From positions 1-15,832 of the forward strand of contig NW_021825373.1 of the NCBI RefSeq assembly GCF_006345805.1: a stretch of DNA of 15,832 nt, in the 5' to 3' direction. Source of the stretch: Octopus sinensis. Its lineage: Eukaryota. A program made the position numbers and the translations under genes. The notes under the pieces are model-generated. The model was not told where the DNA came from. It saw nothing but the letters and a program-made list of their open reading frames with translations, and did not search any database. Below, in pieces: positions 7,962-15,832 of the stretch (within the stretch, counting starts at the first letter, position 1; every line of letters starts with the position of its first letter).

Positions 7962-8702
7962 GTTCAATCGTATGAATGTGTAGTAAAGAAAGATCACTTT
8001 GCAACCGCATGGTTCTGTGTTCGTTTCAAAGTGTGCAACACCTTGGGTGTCTTCTACTCTAACCCCGGTTGACCGATGCGTGAATGAATTTGGTACACAG
8101 AAAATGTGTAGAAACCTGTCGTATATACATACGACATACATACATACGACATATATACATATATATATATATATATTCTCGCAGATACACACTGATACGC
8201 GCGCGCATATATATATGTGTGTCTTTGTGTTTATGTTTGTCGACACCTCCTCACACACACCGCTTGATGTTGGTTTGTTCACATCGTTGTAATTTAACGG
8301 TTCGGCAAAATAGACCGATGAAAAAATATCCAAACTTAAGTACTGGAGTCGATTTGCTCGACAAAACCAGTGGTTCTCAACCATTTTTTTTTTCTAGCTA
8401 TGGACCCCTTTGGTTACAATTTTATTCTGGTGGGCCTTCATAGTCATTAGACCTTTAAAAATTTCTCACATTTAACTGTAAAATATTCGAGAAGAAACTT
8501 GCAATACATACCAATACACACCTCTAAAGCAAATTTTTTTCAGGGGTACATAAAATACAATTGTGAATTCCTAGTTTATTATTTTGTTATGTGGACCCTC
8601 AAAAACCTTATATGGCCCCTTATAGAACCCGGTTGAGAACCATACTCTTCAAAGTGGTTCTCCAGCGTGGCCGCAGTCCAACCATTGAAACAACTAAAAG
8701 AT
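7962..8702 (+). mobile_element. SINE family A, diverged, interrupted by a MITE
   Basis: Head remnant caaccgcatggttc…caccttggg…tcttctact; internal microsatellite ~8122-8235; 3' half to 8367 resumes at 8646 (tcttcaaagtggttctccagcgtggccgcagtc…gaaacaactaaaaga). Confidence 0.8.
8368..8645. mobile_element. hAT (Charlie-like) MITE nested in SINE A
   Basis: TIR CAGTGGTTCTCAACC 8368-8382 and GGTTGAGAACCAtac 8631-8645 (12/15 match); no intact 8-bp TSD visible. Confidence 0.8.
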
Positions 8703-8726
8703 TATGAACTGATGCAAGTGAATATT

Positions 8727-8932
8727 CTTTACTACTCAAGGCCCGAATTTTTTGGGTAGGGGCCAGTCGATTAGATCAACACTAGTACGCAACTGGTACC
8801 TAATTTATTGACCTCCGAAAGGATAAAAGGTAAAGTCGACCTTGGCGGAATTTGAACTCAGAATGTAAAGACAGGCGAAATACCGCTAAGCATTTCGCCC
8901 GACGTGCTAACGTTTCTGCCAGCCTGCCGCCT
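8727..8932 (-). mobile_element. SINE family B, monomer, with target-site duplication
   Basis: Reverse complement of the ggcggcgagctggcagaaacgttagc head, one core and tail; TSD TGAT(G/A)CAAGTGAATATT at 8710-8726 and 8933-8949. Confidence 0.92.
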
Positions 8933-9476
8933 TGATACAAGTGAATATTGATATTAAGTACTCTTCACAAGTCTCAGTAAAGGAGCCCCTGCATGGTCGT
9001 ATGATCAGTTAGATACAGCAACCAAATTTCTCTCAAATTACAGCCTACAAACCATTAACCGAGCTCTTGAATGACTTTCTCTATTGACACTTCCTCTGCT
9101 AGAAATAGCAGTCAATCTAGCTCTCCCTTAATTCATATTCTTCAGTGTAATCCAAGATACACGACGCCCTGAAAAAAATATTTGATAGTTTATTGATGTA
9201 ATGTCCATAATCATAAGTCCACCCGTTTAAGGCTAACTTGGGACTCAAAACAACAACAACAACAACAACAACAGCAAATAACACCGAACCAACGAGACGG
9301 CTAATTAAATGCATTCTATGCGATATGTTTGTCTGCAAGAAAAAACAGCCAAATCACCCTCGAATCACATGATCACGTCTTTTAGAAACAAGCAAGGAAC
9401 GTTGAATTACAATAGTATTTGTATAGTAATCATTGATAGTCGCATGTCTGCTGATGTCTCAGGACGCGATACTCAC

Positions 9477-9548
9477 TACGATTATCTCTACTATAATAAC
9501 ATTTAGTACAATGGTTTGTATTGGTATACTGTTGACATTTTCCATGTT
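9477..9548 (-). other. Candidate 72-nt exon (unverified)
   Basis: ctttacag|AACATGG…AATCGTA|gtgagt; two frames open: NMENVNSIPIQTIVLNVIIVEIIV (phase 0-0) or HGKCQQYTNTNHCTKCYYSRDNR (phase 1-1). No recognised homology. Confidence 0.2.
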
Positions 9549-9603
9549 CTGTAAAGTTGTATTTATTTCTCTCCACCTCACGTCTCTCTCAATCCCGTCC
9601 CAC

Positions 9604-9604
9604 T

Positions 9605-9640
<36 letters not shown>

Positions 9641-9753
9641 TTCTTTCTCTCTCTCTCTCTCCCTCTTACCTGTCTCCATTACTATCTATCTGTCTATCTG
9701 TCCCTACACAAACAACACACAAACCACATTCATATAATACATTTATATATGTG

Positions 9754-9792
<39 letters not shown>
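9604..9792. repeat. (CT)n followed by (TA)/(TG)n microsatellites
   Basis: Directly visible. Confidence 0.9.
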
Positions 9793-9912
9793 TTATCTTT
9801 TTACAGAGCGCCAAACTAATACATTCTATGTGCATGTCCTCTTTGTTGCCTTTTAATGTTCGATTTTCCAATTTGATTGTGGATGTGTGTGTGTGTGTGT
9901 ATTATGTATATG

Positions 9913-10299
9913 CGGAGGCACAATTGCCCAGTGGTTAGGACAGGGGACCCGCGGTCTTAGGAACGCAGTTTCGATTCCCGGACTGGGCATTGTGTGTCTC
10001 TATTGAGCGAAAATACCTAAACCACCACGAGGCTTCGACAGGAGGTAGGGGCGAACTTTGCTGTACACTTTCACTACAACTTTCTCTCGCTCTTTCTTCC
10101 TGTTTCTGTTGTACCTGTATTTTCAAAGGGGCCAACCTTGTCACACTTTGTGTCACTCTGAATCTCTCCGAGAACTACGTTAAGGGTACACGAGTCTGTG
10201 GAGTGCTCAGCCACTTGCACGTTAATTGCACGAGCAGGAGACTGTTCTGTTGATCGGATCAACTGGAACGTTCGTCGTCGCAACCGACGGAGTGCCACG
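9913..10299 (+). mobile_element. SINE family C, full length, with perfect 12-bp target-site duplication
   Basis: tRNA-like head (A-box-like TTGCCCAGTGGT, B-box-like GTTTCGATTCCC); TSD ATTATGTATATG at 9901-9912 and 10300-10311. Confidence 0.9.
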
Positions 10300-10450
10300 A
10301 TTATGTATATGGGAAGAAGCTTTTCTTTTATGCATGTTTCATTAAATACATTTGTTTTAGATTGTTCATATTTTCGTAGTAACCATTTTGCAGTTTCAAA
10401 GCAACTGCAGAGTTCCTAAATCCATATCCGACATCTCTAGTTCCTCACAG
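10300..10450 (-). mobile_element. Probable 5'-ORF fragment of a Penelope-like element; paralogue of 5745-5880
   Basis: Minus strand: ATG GAT TTA GGA ACT (ATG at 10423-10425), then after a shift LLRKYEQSKTNVFNETCIKEKLLPIY ending in the SINE C target site. Resembles the RKYE…FNxTC…LLPxY pattern I recall from PLE ORF N-termini. Confidence 0.5.
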
Positions 10451-10568
10451 CGTGTGTGTGTGTGTGTGTAATCTACATGAAACGTTTGCGTGGTCAGGAT
10501 AACGACAGCTAAAACGCCTCGCCCTCCGCTTTGATCCCACCAGTCTAGTGAGGAATGTTGTTCAAAAA

Positions 10569-11173
10569 CCTATTTTTTTACTACCCACAAGGGGCTACAC
10601 ACAGAAGGGACAAACAAGGACAGACAAACGGATTAAGTCGATTATATCGACCCCAGAGCGTAACTGGTACTTAATTTATCGACCCCGAAAGGATGAAAGG
10701 CAAAGTCGACCTCAGCGGAATTTGAACTCAGAACGTAGCGGCACACGAAATACCTATTTCTATTTCTTTACTACCCACAAGGGGCTAAACACAGAAGGGA
10801 CAAACAAGGACAGACAAACGGATTAAGTCGATTATATCGACCCCCAGTGCGTAACTGGTACTTATTTAATCGACCCTGAAAGGATGAAAGGCAAAGTCGA
10901 CCTCGGCGGAATTTGAACTCACAACGTAGCGGCACACGAAATACCTATTTCTATTTCTTTACTACCCACAAGGGGCTAAACACAGAAGGGACAAACAGCG
11001 ACAGCCAAACGGATTAAGTCGATTATATCGACTCCAGTGCGTAACTGGTACATATTTAATCGACCCCGAAAGGATGAAAGGCAAAGTTGACCTCGGCGGA
11101 ATTTGAACTTAGAACGTAAGCAACAGACGAAATACTGTTGAGCATTTCGCCCGGCGTGCTAACGTTTCTGCCA
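10569..11173 (-). mobile_element. SINE family B, head plus three tandem ~190-bp core+spacer units
   Basis: CTACCCACAAGGGG at 10581, 10771 and 10962 (periods 190 and 191); single head at ~11119-11173; family B tail absent. Confidence 0.92.
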
Positions 11174-11644
11174 CCTCAACAGAACCAAAACAACAGCTGA
11201 GAAAGTATGCCTGATTCCATCGTAGGATCGACGGCTGCCAATAGCAATAGATAGAAATTCAAAAAATATAAGCATTGTTGCTTGGTGTTCGTTATAAAAC
11301 CAGTCAGAGTCTGGTATTCTTCGCCGACACTGATGTACATCTCTAAAGCAAGATTATTGCGATTGAGAGCCTGCCAATACTGCGGAAACGGATATCTTGC
11401 AATGACTTTTCTCAGGATTCTTTGGGTTTGGAACTGAACGTGTTTGCAGTATTATGCAGGCAGTTCTTTAATTTAATTTTGCGCGGATATTTCACATTAT
11501 TTTCGAAAACAATTCGTTCTTTTCAAATTAGCTTGGGAGGAAAATAAGACAATTACACTGCAAACTAAATTTATAAAGTGAAAAAAGTTTTAAAATATAT
11601 TTAAAAGATTACAAAGAAACAAATATATCTCCTAAATGAAAGTT

Positions 11645-11732
11645 ACACACGCGCGCGCACACATACACACTCATATATATATGTACATATACATACACAT
11701 ACATTTGTATTGTGTGTGTGTGTATATATATA

Positions 11733-11779
<47 letters not shown>

Positions 11780-11816
11780 ATATGTGTGTGTGTGGTGTAT
11801 GTGTGTATGTATGTAT
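11645..11816. repeat. Compound (CA)/(TA)/(TG) microsatellite
   Basis: Directly visible. Confidence 0.95.
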
Positions 11817-11818
11817 AG

Positions 11819-12156
11819 TGAAGGCGCATGGCTCAGTGGTTAGAGTGTCGAGCTTACGATCGTGAGGTTGTGAGCTCGAATCCCGCACCGGGCTGCGTGT
11901 TGTGTTCTTGAGCAAGACACATTATTTCACGTTGCTCCAGTTCACTCAGCTGTAGAAATGAGTTGCGACGTCACAAGTGCCAAGCTGTATCGGCCCCTTT
12001 GCCTTTCCCTTGGATAACACTGGTGGCGTGGAGAGGAGAGGCCGGTATGCATGGGCGACTGCTGGTCTTCCATAAAACAACCTTGCCCGGACTTGTGCCT
12101 GGGAGGGTAACTTTCTAGGTGCAATCCTATTGTCAGTCATGACCGAAGGGGATCTC
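11819..12156 (+). mobile_element. SINE family D, tRNA-derived (possibly tRNA-Arg), full length
   Basis: A box TGGCTCAGTGG 11829-11839; B-box-like GCTCGAATCCC 11874-11884; ACG at an anticodon-like position; central TGTGTTCTTGAGCAAGACAC block similar to conserved metazoan SINE core domains. Confidence 0.85.
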
Positions 12157-12313
12157 AGATGTATGGATGGATGGATTGTGTGTGAATATACACATGCTTA
12201 CATATACCCGTACACACATATTGCTTACGTTGTAAAAAATTACAATCTTCGAGGGACGCGAAATATTTCATTTTTAGTGGTGGGACTCCAAGTAGATTAA
12301 AAATAATAGCCTG

Positions 12314-12560
12314 TATAAATTGGGTTGAAAAGTCGAAGGCTGTCCATGTTTTTGGTACTACACAGTTTATGAAAACTAATCTGTTAAATTCTTAGATCTT
12401 ACAGTTTATATTCTTACACTGGGTCACTATAACCCTCTTCAAACTATCTGTACACAATGCTTTTCAATCTGATGAAAACAATCTCTTTCGTTGGCTAAAA
12501 GGGAAGAAAATGGTAAATTCCTGGCTTTCAATTTGCTTCTGTCAATATAGCTTTGTAAAC
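12314..12560 (-). mobile_element. Possible mariner-like 3'-end remnant
   Basis: TATAAATTGGGTTGAAAAGTCGAAGGCTG (12314-12342) resembles mariner TIRs; minus HQIEKHCVQ…GY loosely resembles the RWxKCV…GDY C-terminus. Weak; no partner TIR found. Confidence 0.3.
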
Positions 12561-12569
12561 TTTCGATAG

Positions 12570-12790
12570 GGCGGCGAGCTGGCAGAAACGTTAGTGCACC
12601 GGGCGAAATGCCTAGCGGCATTTCGTCTGTCCTTACGTTCTGAGTTCAAATTCTGTCAAGGTCGACTTTACCTTTAATTCTTTCGGGGTCGATAAATTAA
12701 GTACCATTTGCATACTGGGGTCAATCTAATCAACTAGACCCTCCCCACAAAATTTCAGGCCTTGCACCTAGAGTAGAAAAGATTATTATT
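12570..12790 (+). mobile_element. SINE family B, monomer
   Basis: ggcggcgagctggcagaaacgttag head, one core and ctagagtagaaaagattattatt tail; colinear with the reverse complement of 8727-8932. Confidence 0.9.
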
Positions 12791-13082
12791 GTATATTTCA
12801 CTTACTCCAGTTAATTCTGTAAGAACAGACAACAAACTTTGGTCTCATACGGTCTTCTTTCATGATACTTAACATTCAAATATTTGTTTTAAAATCCTCT
12901 CTGTCCCCATTAAAGTAGTTTTCTGGGCATGCTCTACCCTCATGTCAATCACGATATCTCCAACAAATTTCTCAAACCTGGTTCCTAATGTTCCCAGAGC
13001 CCCTACAACTACAGGGGGTGGCAGTTACTTTCTTCATTGCCCACATCATTGCAAACTGATCCTTCAGTGGCTTGTTCTTCTC
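12782..13082 (-). pseudogene. 3' fragment of an R4/Dong-like non-LTR retrotransposon (REL endonuclease C-terminus + 3' UTR)
   Basis: Minus: EKNKPLKDQFAMMWAMKKVTAT / +1 C shift / PVVVGALGTLGTRFEKFVGDIVIDMRVEHAQKTTLMGTERILKQIFEC* (stop 12869-12871). The PVVVGALG and QKxxLxGTxRIL motifs typify R2-group REL C-termini. A short AATAATAAT at 12782-12790 may be its tail (shared with the SINE B tail). Confidence 0.8.
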
Positions 13083-13103
13083 ATATTATTATTAATTTTT
13101 ACT

Positions 13104-13161
13104 AAGGTGGAGAGCTGGCAGAGTTGTTAGCACACCAGGCGAAATGCGTACTGGGGTTGAT
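13104..13161 (+). mobile_element. SINE family B, internally deleted head fragment
   Basis: aaggtggagagctggcagagttgttagcacaccaggcgaaatgc joined directly to gtactggggttgat. Confidence 0.7.
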
Positions 13162-13199
13162 AAGCAAGATACTTACCACACAGCCACTCCTGCGCCTAT
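13162..13199 (-). mobile_element. SINE family A, head fragment
   Basis: Reverse complement ataggcgcaggagtggctgtgtggtaagtatcttgctt matches the head at 374-415. Confidence 0.75.
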
Positions 13200-13315
13200 G
13201 CAAGACAACAACTGCTTGTCTGATTAGAAAAATTACCGTGACATTAATTTAAACAAGAGAACATGTAAGTGTGTGTGTGTGCGTGTGTGTTTAATCACTT
13301 ATATGTTTATAATTC

Positions 13316-13500
13316 AAGAAGCTCGCTTTGTAACCACGTGGTTTCGAGTTCAGTTCTACAGCACGGAACAAAGGACAAGTGTCTCCAACAATACATCGTT
13401 AAAATCCAGTTTACTATGGCGATAATTTGCTCAATTAAAACCCTTTGAGGCGGTGATCCAGCATGGCAACAGTCAAACGGCTGAAACAAGTAAAAGAATA
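13316..13500 (+). mobile_element. SINE family A, internally deleted copy
   Basis: Head remnant aaccacgtggtttcgagttcagt…acaagtgtct fused to 3' end aaaaccctttgaggcggtgatccagcatggcaacagtc…ctgaaacaagtaaaagaat. Confidence 0.75.
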
Positions 13501-13515
13501 AATTTATTTACTATA

Positions 13516-13516
<1 letters not shown>

Positions 13517-13566
<50 letters not shown>

Positions 13567-13608
13567 TACATATATATGTACACACACATATACATATAAA
13601 CACACACA
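13517..13608. repeat. (CA)n / (TA)n microsatellite
   Basis: Directly visible. Confidence 0.95.
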
Positions 13609-13911
13609 GAGTATTGGTGAGATTGCTTGGAAACTACCTTGGCTCACATCGGTGCCTGTGGTAGAAGAGGCGAAACTAGAAGAAAGCTATAAGCGAATAT
13701 CATATTTCATGCGTGTAAAAACAACTATAATCAGAACGTATGATACATTTTTAGTACAAGATTTTTTTGTATAAACGGGCGATTGAAATGCTCTAATTTA
13801 AAACAAGGGAATACGCCAAATTTCATGAAAAGCAGATGAAAAAGCAAGAACGGACCACCAGCCTTGTGTTGCATGAAACAATGAGGGAGTCTATACTGAA
13901 GGGTATGCTCC

Positions 13912-14006
13912 TGGTTGTTGTTGTTGTTATTGTTGTTGTGGTTGTTGTTGTTGTCGTCGTCGTCGTCGTCGTTGTTGTCGTTGTCGTTGTCGTCGTCGTC
14001 GTCGTT
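13912..14006. repeat. Compound (GTT)n/(GTC)n trinucleotide repeat
   Basis: Directly visible; source of the poly-V, poly-L/S and poly-D/N ORFs. Confidence 0.95.
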
Positions 14007-14022
14007 ATTTTGTTTAGTTTTG

Positions 14023-14135
14023 CAACTGCATGGTCCCCAGTTCGATCCCGCTGCCCAGCAACTGATGAGCAATTTGCTCTCTACTTCAACCTCGGTTGGA
14101 CAAATATTTTGTGAGTGGAATTTTGTACGCTAAAG
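14023..14135 (+). mobile_element. SINE family A, diverged 5' fragment
   Basis: caactgcatggtccccagttcgatcccgctg…tctacttcaacctcgg…ttgtgagtgga, colinear with 409-520, followed by a (TA)/(CA) tract. Confidence 0.65.
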
Positions 14136-14229
14136 ACAAATATAAATACATATATATACACACACACACACACACACTTATACACACACACAAACATCTT
14201 AAGTGGGCAATCCTTCGGTATTGGTGCAT

Positions 14230-14307
14230 GACGTCATTCACCTACACAACCTTCCGTCATGACAAAGATATAAAGAGGCTAGGTTGAAAAAGACGGTGAA
14301 TGACGTC
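14230..14307. other. 78-nt hairpin with perfect 13-bp outer stem containing CRE-like sites
   Basis: GACGTCATTCACC 14230-14242 and GGTGAATGACGTC 14295-14307; inner CAACCT 14247-14252 / AGGTTG 14281-14286; TGACGTCA at 14229-14236. Confidence 0.75.
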
Positions 14308-15412
14308 GACTCCCTTATACTGTCACTCTGTAGACCAACATTGAAAAGATCGCCTTTAAGTACACCAGATATGTGTGTATGTACGTATATTTCAACGTAC
14401 ATCAACGAAAGATGTAAACCGCAGAAAAACGGGTGCATTTTGTACGAAGTCCACCGAATTACAGATACTCTAATGTTACTGTCACTGTCGTGAACTGCAG
14501 AAATCCAGTCATTCTTTGGACCATTGAAAGAAAAATCTGTAAGTTGTCCTATAAACTATATAAAAAAATTAAATAACTTCCAAACATTTGAACCTCACGT
14601 AAAGAGCTCAGTCACCTACAAAACCTCAACACAAACATCAACAATTAGCATAATCCTCATAATAATAATTTTTGCGGTAGATAGAAGACTCCGCCCACAT
14701 TTTTCCCTTTTTTTTTTTTACTTTTTTTATAACTAATTACGATAACAGTGGCTCCTCCTAGCGGGCACAGCAAGACTAATTATATTTTTGACTAAATACA
14801 AAGCAATTTTGAAGGAGGAGGTGCTAGGCTAGTCTGAATCAATCAGTACGTTCTTTCTTTTATAAAGGGGGTATCTGTTCTGCCAGATTCGCAATATAAT
14901 CAGCGAAGCATTAAATTACAACCTTGTAACCTGTCTGTCTAATATGGTGTCATTTCATGGAGTTAGTTGACAGGCGACCTGCTTCAACCTTGCTTCAAGC
15001 TTAATTCCACCCCCACCCCACCCTTTACATTGTTATTAGCAATGTCGCACAAATGGAAGGAAAATGAGTCTTTGGTAGCGCTTAACCACATTCCCGATAA
15101 TAAAAGCTATTAATTCTCCCTCTGGCTCTTCATTTAACATCAACTGGGCCTTGTGGTGGGGGGTAAAAGGTAACGGCAGCATTTTATTTATTATATTTAT
15201 TTAGTTTTTGCTTTGCGGTTTCATACTTTTCTTCTTCTTTGCATCGTAATCATAATCCCACCCATTTTATAGGGGGCTGGTATAATATAATCCATTACAC
15301 GTGACGCACTTTGGCGGTTAGCTTATCGTAAGGGATACAATCATTTCCAGATTAATTCAAGGAGGGATAGGAAGTTTAATTTTTTGAATTTTAAATCAGA
15401 GTTAATGAAGAT

Positions 15413-15562
15413 GCATACAGACGCGGTCGTGTGGTAAGAAGATTGCTTTCCGACCACATAGTTCCTGGTTCAGTCCCGCTCCGTGACACCTTGGGCAAAT
15501 GTATTCGACCGACCAAAACTTTGCGAATGGATTTAGCAGACGGAAACTGAAAGAAGCCCGTC
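15413..15562 (+). mobile_element. SINE family A, 5' half
   Basis: gtgtggtaagaagattgc…ggttcagtccc…caccttgggcaaatgt…gacggaaactgaaagaagcccgtc. Confidence 0.85.
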
Positions 15563-15585
15563 ACACACACACACACACATATATA

Positions 15586-15790
15586 CTTTTACTTTTACTT
15601 GTTTCAGTCATTTGACTGCGGCCATGCTGGAGCATCGCCTTAAGTCGAGCAAATCGACCCCAGGACTTATTCTTTGTAAGCCTAGTACTTATTCTATCGG
15701 TCTCTTTTGCCGAACCGCTAGGTTACGGGGACGTAAACGCACCAGCATCGGTTGTCAAGCGATGTTATGGGGATAAACGCAGACACACAA
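15586..15790 (-). mobile_element. SINE family A, 3' half, inverted relative to the adjacent head
   Basis: cttttacttgtttcagtcatttgactgcggccatgctggagc…cgaccccaggacttat…gttgtcaagc is the reverse complement of positions 1-88 and 650-864. Confidence 0.9.
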
Positions 15791-15832
15791 ATACACACAC
15801 ACACACATACATAAGCCTCTATACTGTTATCC

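Noticed and set aside
10569-11118. Regularly spaced repeats suggesting a CRISPR array
   Set aside because: Units are ~190 bp, near-identical along their length with no unique spacers, and are SINE-derived in eukaryotic DNA.
11823-11893. tRNA-like sequences (also 9914-9985 and 375-445)
   Set aside because: A/B boxes are present but there is no complete cloverleaf or acceptor stem, and each continues into a SINE body.
9935-12140. ORFs at 9935-10419, 10548-10826 and 11942-12140 (also 15391-15576)
   Set aside because: They lie largely within SINE bodies and show no recognisable domains.
12418-12494. Minus segment with strong acceptor (ttttcttcccttttag) and GTAAGA donor
   Set aside because: Stop codons in all three frames; probably part of a DNA-transposon remnant.
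14062-14078. CTGATGAG-CAATTTG-CTC, resembling a hammerhead core
   Set aside because: No GAAA or cleavage-site helix follows; it aligns as a mutated SINE A CORE block.
13731-14133. Poly-V, poly-L/S and poly-D/N ORFs
   Set aside because: All three are readings of one (GTT)/(GTC) repeat, flanked by unrelated sequence and a SINE fragment.
14500-14540. + strand FFGPLKEK resembling the mariner LFGPLKE motif
   Set aside because: The upstream YSPDLAP motif is absent and the flanks do not extend the match.

Overview
Eukaryotic, AT-rich, repeat-dominated DNA with no confidently supported host protein-coding gene. The SINE types and the microsatellite density point to an octopus/coleoid cephalopod (inference from recalled repeat families, not a database search). 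Contents: about 18 copies or fragments of four tRNA-derived SINE families (called A-D here), several with intact target-site duplications; a decayed Penelope-like retroelement (RT + GIY-YIG) at ~3882-5130; two probable Penelope-like N-terminal fragments; the 3' end of an R4/Dong-like REL-endonuclease LINE; hAT-like and piggyBac-like MITEs; and many (TA)/(TG)/(TACA)/(AAT)/(GTY) microsatellites. Most supplied ORFs are microsatellite or SINE artefacts. The most interesting signals are a degenerate minimal hammerhead-ribozyme-like motif in a short element between microsatellites (6597-6638), one SINE family present as 1x, 2x and 3x internal-unit multimers, two pre-miRNA-sized hairpins, and a TSD-flanked (AAT)n-tailed insertion.
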